A stretch of 64,000 nt of DNA from the NCBI RefSeq assembly GCF_000315625.1, contig NW_005434544.1:51400-115399 (forward strand), in the 5' to 3' direction. Position 1 is the stretch's first letter; the number at the start of each line of letters is the position of its first letter. Shown piece after piece: positions 1 to 12,012 of this stretch. Under the pieces are notes generated by a model. That model was not told the DNA's origin. It did no database searches and saw only the letters and a program-made list of their open reading frames with translations. A program made the translations under genes and the position numbers. The DNA is from Guillardia theta CCMP2712. Lineage: Eukaryota > Protista > Cryptophyta.

Positions 1-1567
1 GACTGGTGGAAATCAGATGATCCTTCTCCGGGAAAATTTTCCATCCTCTACTAAAATACTACCCTCTGCCTTCCGTTCAGTTCTTTCCTCTTTGATTTCT
101 CTTTTCCTGTCCCTCTCCCTCTCCCTCTCCCTTCCCTTCCTGGCATCGTCCTCCTCGCTATCCGCATCCTCCTCCTCGCTCTCCGCATCTTCCTAGCCAT
201 CGCCCCCTGCCTTAACCTGCTCCTCTCCTCTTCTCCTCTCAAAGTGCCCGCAGGCAGGAAACTCAATTATCCGCCGCAACTGCCATTCCTGCTCCAAGTC
301 TTCCGCCCTCGTCTACTACAAGGTCAGCAGATCTACCTCGAGATCGACTTCAGTTGGGGTCTGACACTACGGCAGGTCTCGGCGTCCGCCTACCCCAACA
401 AGCTCTGGTCGAGCAGGATGCTCCATTCGATCCTCGTGCAAGATTGGAAGACCAGCCAGCCAGGACACACCCGGAACGTGGGCTAGCAGCTGTCCTGCCC
501 CGAGGTCAAGGGGAAAGGAAGAGGAGGAGGAGGGGAAACGAAAGGGAAGGGAGGACGGGGGAAGGTAGAGGGGGAAAGGTAGAGGGGGGGAAGAGTACCT
601 CCAGTAGAGAAGGATGGGAGGGAAGGAGAGCAGGAGACAAGTGTTGATGCAGAGCACCGAGTCCTTTTCACTGCACAAACCCTTGGCGGACCTGTGAAGG
701 GGCTGCGTAATGCCTGAAAGTAGCGACGCCTTCCCGTTGAAGATGGAGATGGCGGTGTTAGGGGCAAGGAAGAAGACTCCCCCCCCGCAGAACAGGCTGG
801 CGACAGAGAGGATCTCATAGTCAGAGGTGACGTCAAGCAGGCCGGTAGACCATTGTTCGAGCATGTCGCAGGATCACAAGCCCGAGGCTTCTGAGTCTCT
901 CAAGAGTTCAGTCTTGTCGCCACTTCCATGTGCAAGGGATGTGAGAGAAACAACCTGATATCCTAACCTGTCAAACAGTCACAAACTAGGCCCCGCGGCT
1001 GCTCCATGAGTCAGTGTACTATAGAATTATCATGTATCCCATCCACCGTGACACGGTCAAAACTCATAGTGGATGTCTGTGTGCTCATGAAGTTGCAGGA
1101 GACTCTTCAGTGCAGATTCTAGTATCTCAGGCAGGGTTTGATAAACTAGCAGAACATGATTACGACACTTACCGCCGGTACCGTACATCCAGTCCCTGCC
1201 AGGCCCTATCATCTCATCCATCCTATCCTCCTCTACCCGGCGACACCCTTCTCTGCTATGATCTTCCTACTCAATCTACATCTCCGAACTCGGAAGTCTT
1301 CCTACTCTTCCTCGCCATCCAGTGGCTCGGCCGCAGCAGCGCGGCATCGGTGCATAGCGATCGGAGAGTTCGCCATGGTCCGTTGAAATCGGTTTTTGAC
1401 CAGCTCGACGCCCAAGGGACTGACGCGGGCCCGGGAAACTCTCAGCGGCTCAACGACTCGTAAAATCCTGCAAAGACAAGATAAATATAATTAATGACAT
1501 TTCACAGGACTCTGAGGTGAACCTGACAGAGTGCCCGGAGGCCGGATTTGTTACAAGGTAACTGGGC

Positions 1568-3698
1568 ATGGCGGGACAAGCGACGACATGGATGGCGGCG
1601 CCGACGATGGCGCCAACGAAGATGTCGATGATGGCGATGACGGCCATGTTGATGCTCCCCAGTGTTGAAGGATTCTCCTCTCCTGTCCTCCGAGCTCCCG
1701 GGAGGATGGGACTGTCCGCGCAACTTGCTTTGTCCAAAGGTGAGTCGCTCGGAGATGGGCGTTCGGTCGAGGAGGGAAAGAGGAGATGGAAGGGCTCGTT
1801 GTGCGGAGATTTCTCCTTTTAGATGTGTTTCAATGAAGAAGTGAGGTGTTTAGAGTCCATGGATGTTAAAACAGAGTGAAGGGACAAGTTTGTTGAAGCT
1901 GTGAGTATTAGAAATTTCCTCAGCCATGCCTGAAGTTTCTCGTATTTGACGAGATGGACATGATAGCAGGCCCGTCTCGTATCAGTGCGTCCAAGCTCAG
2001 GATGCAGGAGAACCCAGAAAAGGGTGGTGAGAATGACTCGGGTATCAGGCAGCTCCTTGGAGTGAGGGTGCGGCGTTGTCACCTTTGCGGTCCAAGGCTC
2101 TAAGAGTTCCTCAGGGAGGATCCACGACCGCAGACAAGTGGAAGATCAGAGTTCAGCTGATGAAGCCTGTCACTTGGGTCCCTCTCATCTGGGGTGTCGC
2201 TTGTGGAGCAGCAGCCTCGGGCAAATACCATTGTGAGCCGTGCAGTTCCATTTTAAGTGGGGGTAACATGCAATGCAGCGATCTGGGATGGAGCTTCTTT
2301 CAGTGAATGGAGCACCGACTTTGTCAAGGTAACATCTCATCCTGTTGTTCCTTCCTTCTCCTCGGCTCTTCTACTTCCCTCCGTCTCCTTGCGTCTCCTA
2401 CTTCCCGCCGCCGTCTCCTTGCGTCTTCTATTCCCGCCCTCCTCACTTGTTTTACTCATCAGGCCCTGGTCTGCATGGTCTTGGCAGGCCCCCTCCTTAC
2501 CGGCTATACGCAAGTGAGAATGATCTCATCTCAGCTCGTCTGCAGGGCCTGCCGACTGACGCTTTCCTCCCCCATAGACGATTAATGATTGGTATGATCG
2601 TGAGATCGATGCCATAAACGAGCCAAATAGGCCTATCCCTTCCGGAGCCATCAGCGAGAACGAAGTCATTGCTCAGATCTGGGCTCTCCTCCTTGGAGGG
2701 CTGGGCCTGGCTTACGGCCTGGACGTGTGGGCAGGGTAAGTGTGTTCCCCTCTTCTGAGAGTTAGAGTGAGAGAGCTGGTCAGGCATGAATGGCCCTCTG
2801 TCCTGGCTCTTGCCATCGGTGGATCTTTCATCTCTTACATCTACTCTGCTCCTCCTCTCAAGCTCAAGCAGAGCGGATGGTAGATCAGAGTGCAAATTGC
2901 GTGCTCGTGCCCTGAGAGCATACGCTTCTAGGATCGGCAACTACGCTCTCGGCTCTTCTTACATCGCGCTGCCATGGTGGTGCGGGCAGGTGTTTTTCAA
3001 CCAGGCTTCCTTCAACCCGACTGTCAGTAAACTCTCCTCTGGCTCAGCATCCGTGACTAACTCCCTCCTCTTACAGGTTGCTATCTTGACCATCCTCTAC
3101 TCTTGGGCTGGTCTCGGCATCGCCATCGTGAACGACTTCAAGTCAATCGAGGTCTGCTGCTCATGACTTTCCCCATGCCAGCAGCTTGACATCGGTCGCT
3201 CTCTCAGGGTGACCGCGAGTTGGGGCTTCAGTCTCTCCCAGTACAGGTCCGCCGTGTGGAGGAGGGAGAGGCCCGCTAACTCGCTACTTGTCAGTTCGGA
3301 GTTGACACTGCCAAGTGGATCTGCGTTGGGTCCATCGACTTCACTCAGCTCGGCGTCGCCGGTTACCTCGCGTCCATCGGTGGGGATGCCGATCGGCTCT
3401 TTGTGTCGCTAAGATGAGGACAGGGGAGACTAACTACGCGCTGGTCCTGCTCGGCCTCATCCTCCCCCAGGTGAAACGTAGGAGGAGGAGCATGCGGGGC
3501 TGAATTCCGGGCAGATCTACTTGCAGTTCACCACCTTCCTTAAGGACCCGATCGCCAACGATGTCAAGTATCAGGTAGAGAGCTCGTCGAATTGTCCTCC
3601 TCACTCATGCATCACCCTTACAGGCGGCTGCTCAGCCCTTCCTCGTGCTGGGCATCCTCACTACCGCCCTCGCATGCGGTCACCACACCTGGACTTGA
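1568..3698 (+). CDS. chlG: Chlorophyll synthase (UbiA prenyltransferase family), multi-exon, bipartite plastid-targeting presequence
   Basis: Exons encode GIRQLLGV, KWKIRVQLMKPVTWVPLIWGVACGAAASG, INDWYDREIDAINEPNRPIPSG, GNYALGSSYIALPWWCGQ, AGLGIAIVNDFKSIE, DPIANDVKYQ..AQPFLVLG; stop TGA 3696-3698. N-terminus: hydrophobic signal peptide ending VEG|F followed by a Ser/Arg-rich transit-like peptide. Confidence 0.96.
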
Positions 3699-3960
3699 GC
3701 TCTTCGACCCTCTACCCGATCACTGTAGAACCCGCCAGGTTGCCGCAAAGTCAATCAATCAGTCAGCAACGGTAGAACTCACAAAACCAAGTACCGAAAC
3801 TCCCAGCTTCCTTCCTTCCGACCTCCTTCTCAAGCACCAGTATCACTGATACGACTCTTGCAACCCATTAACCTAGTTCAGTGGTAAGACCCGGCCTGCA
3901 CTCCGAAAAAAACCTCAGGCTCGGAGTCGCTTCGAGGACAAGTCATAGTCATCGCCTTTC

Positions 3961-5258
3961 AGACCGCCGTCACTACTCCGATCATAGGATAGGTAGAAGG
4001 CCACACCTGGTCTCCTCGGTGCCCCCCCATGCTCTCGGAGAGTCTACCGCACCTACTGGCACTCCCGCCGAAGCTTGGCAGGCTTCTCAGCATCCGATCG
4101 GCGGGAGTGCCATGCGGTTGGTTTGCTAGACGTCTGTCGGGAGCACATGTCTTGCTCTAGATCAACGACCTCGCCACACCTTCCGGGCTGAGTACAGGGT
4201 GCTTCGCTGTGTCAGGGTGCTTCATTCATACTAGACCTTGAGCTTCCCGCGATCTTGTTCGTGATTGGGCGGTCCCACGAATCGGCAGCGGGTCAGTCTC
4301 ACTCATGTCGATACTACCGGACTCGGCACGCAGAGTCGTAGGCCGCGCTATTCGTACATGACTTTATTGACACCTATACATCTCCTCGTCCTACTTCAAG
4401 CAATATACAATGCCCATTGATCCCCTGCCCGCAAGCTCGCATGGAAGCGGTGCCGATCCCCGCGGGCATGCTTCTGCCACCCGCCGCTTGCTGCTGCCTC
4501 CTCCCGCTTGCGTGTGGCCTCCAGCTCGCACCTTGTCTCCTCCCCTCCCTCCTCTCCCTCCGTCGTACTCGCCTCGATGTGTCCGTCCGATGAGGCCGAA
4601 TGCGACGAGAGCGCCCGCATGAAGCCCAGGCCCTCGTAAGCGTCTATCCACCTGCTGTGACTGGCCTCGTCGTAGCCGAGGGAGAAGTCGAGGAAGATGC
4701 TATGGCGGTCCGAGACAGGGCAGGCTGTGAGGGAGGGAGAGCCGAAGAAATCGAAGAAGGACAACTCGGGGGTAGGAGGGGGGCAATGAGCGGGTTGAGA
4801 AGGAGTGGGATGCGCTTCAGAGTGATGCATGGGAGGGAGGGAGGGAGGAAGACTAGGCTTGCAAGAGCGGGGCTCCGTAGATGTCATGCGATGCGTGGCG
4901 GTGTTGCGCAGTGAGCTCGTGGGGGAAACTGGCGAGGGGGAAAGCGAAGATAGCAGATATGGCCAGGGCACAGCCAAAAAGGATTTTTAATCCTTAAGCC
5001 CGGCTTGCAGGACCCTCGGGGGGCAAGGCAGGGCGTTCTAGCATAATACCAGACTAGACGAAACGCCAAGCTGAAGGGGGTCCCCGTCGAGCCTTGCGAT
5101 ACGAGCTAAACCCTGTGGGCTTAGAACGGCGGGTGAAGCTCGAGATGGCCCACGGGACCCACTCCGAGCCTCGGAGACATGAGCCGGCCGGTCCAATGTT
5201 GCTCAACCGTTGCGAGGGGAGGTCACTGGCTGATCATACGCGACGTGCCGTTTAACTC
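3961..5258 (-). repeat. Copy A of ~1.3-1.5 kb repeated unit (inverted relative to copies B and C)
   Basis: Reverse complement of ~5517-6840; the ORF track gives identical peptides at 4396-4977(-) and 5938-6429(+). Confidence 0.95.
4396..4887 (-). CDS. Hypothetical 163-aa protein, copy A
   Basis: MTSTEPRSCK...QWALYIA, identical to copies B and C. Confidence 0.45.
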   Translation of the reverse strand: MTSTEPRSCKPSLPPSLPPMHHSEAHPTPSQPAHCPPPTPELSFFDFFGSPSLTACPVSDRHSIFLDFSLGYDEASHSRWIDAYEGLGFMRALSSHSASSDGHIEASTTEGEEGGEETRCELEATRKREEAAASGGWQKHARGDRHRFHASLRAGDQWALYIA

Positions 5259-5406
5259 CAACGGCCGGGCGAGTCACTGAGTCCGTCATCCGGGTCCTCG
5301 CCGTACGGTAGTAAACATCACCGTGAGTCATCGATCCGAATAGAGCCTTCTTGGGCGAGAATGGCGGTGATGGGATGAATTGTAGCCTCACTCTGACTAT
5401 ACTGGC

Positions 5407-6924
5407 ATCGCCGGTCCGAAGATGACTCACCGTCAGTGGTCTCTTTACTCAAAGTTAAGTGAAAAATCAGGCCGTCCCGGTGATGATTACGAAGGTGACC
5501 GTACTCGCCGGCGGCCGGAGTTAAACGGCACGTCGCGTATGCCATGATCAGCCAGTGACCTCCCCTCGCAACGGTTGAGCAACATTGGACCGGCCGGCTC
5601 ATGTCTCCGAGGCTCGGAGTGGGTCCCGTGGGCCATCTCGAGCTTCACCCGCCGTTCAACGGTTGCCGCCCGCCGGGTCGAACCGGATTCTAAGCCCACT
5701 GGGTTTAGCTCGTATCGCAAGGCTCGACGGGGACCCCCTTCAGCTTGGCGTTTCGTCTAGTCTGGTATTATGCTAGAACGCCCTGCCTTGCCCCCCGAGG
5801 GTCCTGCAAGCCGGGCTTAAGGATTAAAAATCCTTTTTGGCTGTGCCTGTTTTCCCTCCTGGCCATATCTGCTATCTTCGCTTTCCCCCTCGCCAGGTTC
5901 CCCCACGAGCTCACTGCGCAACACCGCCACGCATCGCATGACATCTACGGAGCCCCGCTCTTGCAAGCCTAGTCTTCCTCCCTCCCTCCCTCCCATGCAT
6001 CACTCTGAAGCGCATCCCACTCCTTCTCAACCCGCTCATTGCCCCCCTCCTACCCCCGAGTTGTCCTTCTTCGATTTCTTCGGCTCTCCCTCCCTCACAG
6101 CCTGCCCTGTCTCGGACCGCCATAGCATCTTCCTCGACTTCTCCCTCGGCTACGACGAGGCCAGTCACAGCAGGTGGATAGACGCTTACGAGGGCCTGGG
6201 CTTCATGCGGGCGCTCTCGTCGCATTCGGCCTCATCGGACGGACACATCGAGGCGAGTACGACGGAGGGAGAGGAGGGAGGGGAGGAGACAAGGTGCGAG
6301 CTGGAGGCCACACGCAAGCGGGAGGAGGCAGCAGCAAGCGGCGGGTGGCAGAAGCATGCCCGCGGGGATCGGCACCGCTTCCATGCGAGCTTGCGGGCAG
6401 GGGATCAATGGGCATTGTATATTGCTTGAAGTAGGACGAGGAGATGTATAGGTGTCAATAAAGTCATGTACGAATAGCGCGGCCTACGACTCTGCGTGCC
6501 GAGTCCGGTAGTATCGACATGAGTGAGACTGACCCGCTGCCGATTCGTGGGACCGCCCAATCACGAACAAGATCGCGGGAAGCTCAAGGTCTAGTATGAA
6601 TGAAGCACCCTGTACTCAGCCCGGAAGGTGTGGCGAGGTCGTTGATCTAGAGCAAGACATGTGCTCCCGACAGACGTCTAGCAAACCAACCGCATGGCAC
6701 TCCCGCCGATGCTGAGAAGCCTGCCAAGCTTCGGCGGGGAGTGCCAGTAGGTGCGGTAGACTCTCCGAGAGCATGGGGGGGCACCGAGGAGACCCGGTGT
6801 GGCCTTCTACCTATCCTATGATCGGAGTAGTGACGGCGGCCTGCCTGAAAGTGACAGAGACTTCAATGTGTTATCTACCACGGTTACTACTCAGTGAGTT
6901 TGTTCACCGAGTCAGGCTGTCATG
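5407..6924 (+). repeat. Copy B of repeated unit
   Basis: Runs from ATCGCCGGTCCGAAGATGACTC to GTCAGGCTGTCATG; near-identical to 7438-8957. Confidence 0.95.
5938..6429 (+). CDS. Hypothetical 163-aa protein, copy B
   Basis: Intact ATG-TGA ORF with C/G-ending codons; AATAAA at 6457-6462; no recognised domain. Confidence 0.5.
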   Translation: MTSTEPRSCKPSLPPSLPPMHHSEAHPTPSQPAHCPPPTPELSFFDFFGSPSLTACPVSDRHSIFLDFSLGYDEASHSRWIDAYEGLGFMRALSSHSASSDGHIEASTTEGEEGGEETRCELEATRKREEAAASGGWQKHARGDRHRFHASLRAGDQWALYIA

Positions 6925-7437
6925 ATCTGGTATCCGATTGACGGCTAACTGCCGTGCAGATGCCTGACACAGCTTTCAGTGTTACTTTGGTACGGTCTGC
7001 TTTGTCCCCTGATCTTGGGGAGGATCAGATCGGACGGTGGGCAGCGGCTGAGTGAGAGCGGCCATTGAATGATCGGACATCCAACTGACTCCGAGTGACT
7101 GCGGGCACCGTCACCGGCGCGTGACCGTGAGCTCGGAGTTCCGGCCGACTCGGAGAGTGAGGCTGAGTTAACTTAGCAACGGTTGGGCACCGGGCCGCCC
7201 GGCGCGGCCGCGCCGCGCGCGGCGGCCCCTCAGGCTACTAAGCCTACTCAGAATTGGAATGAGGCTGGGTCTCCTCTGGAATCGTTTCCGACGGCCCCGG
7301 TGGATTGATGAGTTGCACTTGAAAAAGCCTCGCCGCCCGGGGCCAGCCGCGGCAATATTATACTAATATAATACCGTCACCTTTGTTTACAATTCATCCC
7401 ATCCGATCGCCGTCATTCAAGAACTCGGAAGGCCCTA

Positions 7438-8957
7438 TCGCCGGTCCGAAGATGACTCACCGTCAGTGGTCTCTTTACTCAAAGTTAAGTGAAAAATCAG
7501 GCCGTCCCGGTGATGATTACGAAGGTGACCGTACTCGCCGAGCCGCCGGCGGCCGGAGTTAAACGGCACGTCGCGTATGATCAGCCAGTGACCTCCCCTC
7601 GCCGACGGTTGAGCAACATTGGACCGGCCGGCTCATGTCTCCGAGGCTCGGAGTGGGTCCCGTGGGCCATCTCGAGCTTCACCCGCCGTTCAACGGTTGC
7701 CGCCCGCCGGGTCGAACCGGATTCTAAGCCCACTGGGTTTAGCTCGTATCGCAAGGCTCGACGGGGACCCCCTTCAGCTTGGCGTTTCGTCTAGTCTGGT
7801 ATTATGCTAGAACGCCCTGCCTTGCCCCCCGAGGGTCCTGCAAGCCGGGCTTAAGGATTAAAAATCCTTTTTGGCTGTGCCTGTTTTCCCTCCTGGCCAT
7901 ATCTGCTATCTTCGCTTTCCCCCTCGCCAGGTTCCCCCACGAGCTCACTGCGCAACACCGCCACGCATCGCATGACATCTACGGAGCCCCGCTCTTGCAA
8001 GCCTAGTCTTCCTCCCTCCCTCCCTCCCATGCATCACTCTGAAGCGCATCCCACTCCTTCTCAACCCGCTCATTGCCCCCCTCCTACCCCCGAGTTGTCC
8101 TTCTTCGATTTCTTCGGCTCTCCCTCCCTCACAGCCTGCCCTGTCTCGGACCGCCATAGCATCTTCCTCGACTTCTCCCTCGGCTACGACGAGGCCAGTC
8201 ACAGCAGGTGGATAGACGCTTACGAGGGCCTGGGCTTCATGCGGGCGCTCTCGTCGCATTCGGCCTCATCGGACGGACACATCGAGGCGAGTACGACGGA
8301 GGGAGAGGAGGGAGGGGAGGAGACAAGGTGCGAGCTGGAGGCCACACGCAAGCGGGAGGAGGCAGCAGCAAGCGGCGGGTGGCAGAAGCATGCCCGCGGG
8401 GATCGGCACCGCTTCCATGCGAGCTTGCGGGCAGGGGATCAATGGGCATTGTATATTGCTTGAAGTAGGACGAGGAGATGTATAGGTGTCAATAAAGTCA
8501 TGTACGAATAGCGCGGCCTACGACTCTGCGTGCCGAGTCCGGTAGTATCGACATGAGTGAGACTGACCCGCTGCCGATTCGTGGGACCGCCCAATCACGA
8601 ACAAGATCGCGGGAAGCTCAAGGTCTAGTATGAATGAAGCACCCTGTACTCAGCCCGGAAGCTGTACTCAGCCCGGAAGGTGTGGCGAGGTCGTTGATCT
8701 AGAGCAAGACATGTGCTCCCGACAGACGTCTAGCAAACCAACCGCTGAGAAGCCTGCCAAGCTTCGGCGGGGAGTGCCAGTAGGTGCGGTAGACTCTCCG
8801 AGAGCATGGGGGGGCACCGAGGAGACCCGGTGTGGCCTTCTACCTATCCTATGATCGGAGTAGTGACGGCGGCCTGCCTGAAAGTGACAGAGACTTCAAT
8901 GTGTTATCTACCACGGTTACTACTCAGTGAGTTTGTTCACCGAGTCAGGCTGTCATG
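7438..8957 (+). repeat. Copy C of repeated unit (direct repeat of B, offset ~2.03 kb)
   Basis: Same start and end sequences as copy B; identical ORFs at 7972-8463. Confidence 0.95.
7972..8463 (+). CDS. Hypothetical 163-aa protein, copy C
   Basis: Identical translation to copy B. Confidence 0.5.
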   Translation: MTSTEPRSCKPSLPPSLPPMHHSEAHPTPSQPAHCPPPTPELSFFDFFGSPSLTACPVSDRHSIFLDFSLGYDEASHSRWIDAYEGLGFMRALSSHSASSDGHIEASTTEGEEGGEETRCELEATRKREEAAASGGWQKHARGDRHRFHASLRAGDQWALYIA

Positions 8958-9380
8958 TCACTGCCAGCCTCGGAGTGTCCGGTCGCGGCCGGGCGGACTC
9001 GGAGGCTCCGGGACCTCGGTACGGTACCGTCCGACTGGCAGTGGGACTCCAAGGGCCGGGCCCGCCTGGCATCATCATGAGTCCGATCAGGCTTAAATCA
9101 GTATTGTTTAACCGGGCCGTGAACGGTTCACGGTTCGAGTCCGATCTCTTGACTCGAAAAGTTGCACTGTTAGTTCTCTTCCGAGGCTTTGTGACATATG
9201 AAAGTTTCTCCCACCCACCCACCCCCTGTATATCACTGAGTCAATCAGGACAGTACCTCACCCACCCAACATTTTCCATTCAAAGTACCGTACGGGTCAA
9301 AGGATAGCCGCCAAAGGGGCCACCCCACCTCCCAGAAGAATCCGAGTATATATTGCTTTGAAGTACACCGCTGGCAGGCA

Positions 9381-9454
9381 GCCGTGGTGGCGCAGTTGGT
9401 AGTCGCGTTGGTCTCATAATCCAAAGGTCATGGGTTCGATCCCCATCCGCGGCA
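9381..9454 (+). tRNA. tRNA-Met(CAU), elongator type
   Basis: Acceptor stem GCCGTGG/CCGCGGC+A, D arm, anticodon loop CT-CAT-AA with U31-U39 pair, T arm ATGGG-TTCGATC-CCCAT; Pol III terminator TTTTT at 9476-9480. Confidence 0.95.
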
Positions 9455-9921
9455 ATGAGAACGCATGCCTGAAACTTTTTGCTCGTGAGGGTGTTGCTTC
9501 AGAATCCCAAATATGCAGAGAGGTTTTGAAATCTACACCGTAATTTTCAAATATTTTTTACATACTCATAGCCACTCCACTTTCCCGCGTAAATGCTACG
9601 ACGGGCGGAGGAGTGTAAGGGGAGGGGAGGGAGGAAGCGGCAGGGTCAGGACAACCCAGAGGCTAGCGATGGCATGTTGGGTAGGAGAAGAGAAGAGGGG
9701 GGAAGGAGTAGATGCCATCAGTGCAAGTCACAGGATGAGTTCTGAGCAAGACATTGCTTGAAGTTGTTTTCGGAAGGATGTCTTGGAAGGGATGAGTCTA
9801 GCAGAGCCCGCTTCACAGAGAGAGGATGTTCCTTCACAAAGTAGGAATATGATCTCTGAAAGATTTCTCCTTACCATAAGATCATGAACATTCCCGCTGA
9901 CTTTGAACATGGACAGGAAGC

Positions 9922-12012
9922 ATGTCTGAAGATCTGACCGAAGGAGGCGTCGAGAAGCTCTACTCCACGTCGAACATCGTGAGGGCCAACCTGCAGGCCA
10001 TCAATGTTGGAAGACTGTCGAACGGCAACCTCAAGTTCGTGAATAGCTTCGTCCGGCATTATTTGCTAACACCTTGGTATCAGGCTGGGTGTTTCCGATG
10101 GGAAGTACTTCACAGTTGTGCTGCTCAACCAGAAGGAGCATCTGCAGGAGGTCATCCTCAAGGAAGACTTCATCAACAGCATCATCGAGACAGAAACTCT
10201 CCGAGTGTCCCAGAAGGGCAACTACAAGATCCTCATCCAGGATGTGGTTGTGAAGAAGCACTTGGATAGCGTCATTGGCTCTCCCATCAAGTACTCGGCC
10301 AACTCGGAGGATACCACTGCTGATGCTGGCAAGGATGGCAAGGAGCTTGGAAGCCCGGCTCCGAAAGGACCTCCCCAGTCTTCCCCTGCCTCTACTCCTC
10401 CCAAGGTTGAAGCTTCTTCGTTGCCCTTGAGTCAGCCTACCGTCAACCGCGTTCCGATCGCAATGATCCATCCCTATGGAAGCTGCAACGTGAAAGCCAA
10501 ACTTATCTCCAAGGAAGATGTCCGGCGCTTCAAGGGTAGGAACAACACAGACATGGCTGTCTTCAGTGCGGTCGTGTTGGATGACTCGAGCGATATGAAA
10601 GTCACCTTCTGGAATGAACAGTGTGAAAAGTATCATGATTCTTTGGTGGTAAGCTTATCATTTGCTCAGAAGTTTGCATACAGATCAAACTAATTGTTCC
10701 TCAAAGGTTGGACAATGGTATGTCTTTTCAAAGGGGAGCTTCAAGGTTGCGCAGAGCAAGTACAACAACACCAAATGTCAGTATGAGATGACAGTCTCGA
10801 CGAATACGACAATTGAAAGGTGTCTGGAGGAAGATGCGCCGCAGGTTTGCATCAGTCTGTGCTTGCAACTCATTCCTCTAAACGAAGTATGCAGGTGCGA
10901 TTTGACTTTGTGAGCATTGACAAGCTCGCTGCGATGGTTAACAAGGTACATGATTGAAGTCAACTGTCTTTTGGTTGAAAAAGGAAATTTGCAGAATGTG
11001 GACGTCATCGGAGTCGTGCAAGAAGTAGAGGTAAACATCCTGTCCACGAATTTTAGACAAACTAAGTGGAATGTAGGCTCTTGGAGAAATTACCATCAAA
11101 CAAGGAAGGGACAGTGGAAAGCAAAAGAGCAAGAGGAATGTATCTCTGGTGGACAAGTCTGGCAAGACTGTCAGCATTACTCTGTCAGTATTCTGTTCTT
11201 TGAGCCATCTCGTTGTTTGACGGCTCTCGCGCAGGTGGGACAACCATGCGGAACAATTTGACACTTCACACGCTACCAATCATTCTATTCTTGCAGTCAG
11301 AGGTGCGAGGGTGAGCGATTACAACGGCTGCTCTTTGAGCACTCTACGTTCATCCATGCTCCAGATCAACCCAGAGACCCCAGAGGCTAAGGACCTGCGG
11401 GAGTGGTACTCCTCCTGTGACTCAGGAAAATCATTCCAGCCTGTTGGCGAAGGAACCCAGGCTGGGAAGGGACCCGGGGGACCTGCTCCCAGGAAGCTGA
11501 TTGAAGCTGTGTCAAAGGAGTCACTGGGCTCCAACACGAGCAAGGCTGACATCTTCACCATCAAGGCCTATGTGACGTACAGCAACACTGAGAAGCAATG
11601 GCAGTATCCGGCGAACCCGGAGAACAAGAAGAAAGTCGTGGCGAGTGGTGACGTGTGGATCGATGAGTCCACTGGCACTCAGATCGACACATGCCAGCGG
11701 CGTTACATCACGACCTTTGCTTTCATGGACCTCACCGGTCGGCAGTGGCTCACCTGCTTCGACGAACATGCGCAACTCATTCTCGGAAAGTCTGCGGACG
11801 AGCTGTATGAGATCGAGTGCACGGACAAGGTGGCGTTCGAGGGTGTGTGGAAGGCGGCATACTTCAAGGAGTACATGATCAAGGTGCGCGCAAAGGCGGA
11901 GGAGTACAAGGGAGAGACACGAACGAAGTTTTCTGTGATGAGCTTGGAGCCAGTCAACTACGTTTCTGAGTCGCAGCACCTGATCAGCGAGATCCGCCGA
12001 TACCTCAAGTGA
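9922..12012 (+). CDS. RPA1: Replication protein A 70 kDa subunit (OB folds F, A, B, C), multi-exon
   Basis: IAMIHPY..NVKAKLISKEDVRRF, KVTFWNEQCEKY, YVFSKGSFKVA, VDVIGVV, VSDYNGCSLST, FMDLTGRQWLTCFDEHAQLILG, YMIKVRAKAEEYKGETRTK. Confidence 0.95.

Noticed and set aside
367-864. PLAC8-like protein suggested by QWSTGLLD
   Set aside because: The remaining Cys-rich PLAC8 motifs are absent and alternative frames are equally plausible. A spliced gene probably lies in 1-1400 but could not be resolved.
5520-5830. Hammerhead, HDV-like or twister ribozyme in the repeated unit
   Set aside because: No CUGANGA/GAAA core, and no consistent HDV or twister pairing could be built by eye.
5407-8957. LTR retrotransposon (copies B and C as LTRs)
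   Set aside because: Only ~510 bp lie between the copies, with no gag/pol, PBS, PPT or TSD seen, and the third copy is inverted.
9100-9150. Second tRNA suggested by GGTTCGAGTCC
   Set aside because: Only a 3-bp T-stem; no cloverleaf.
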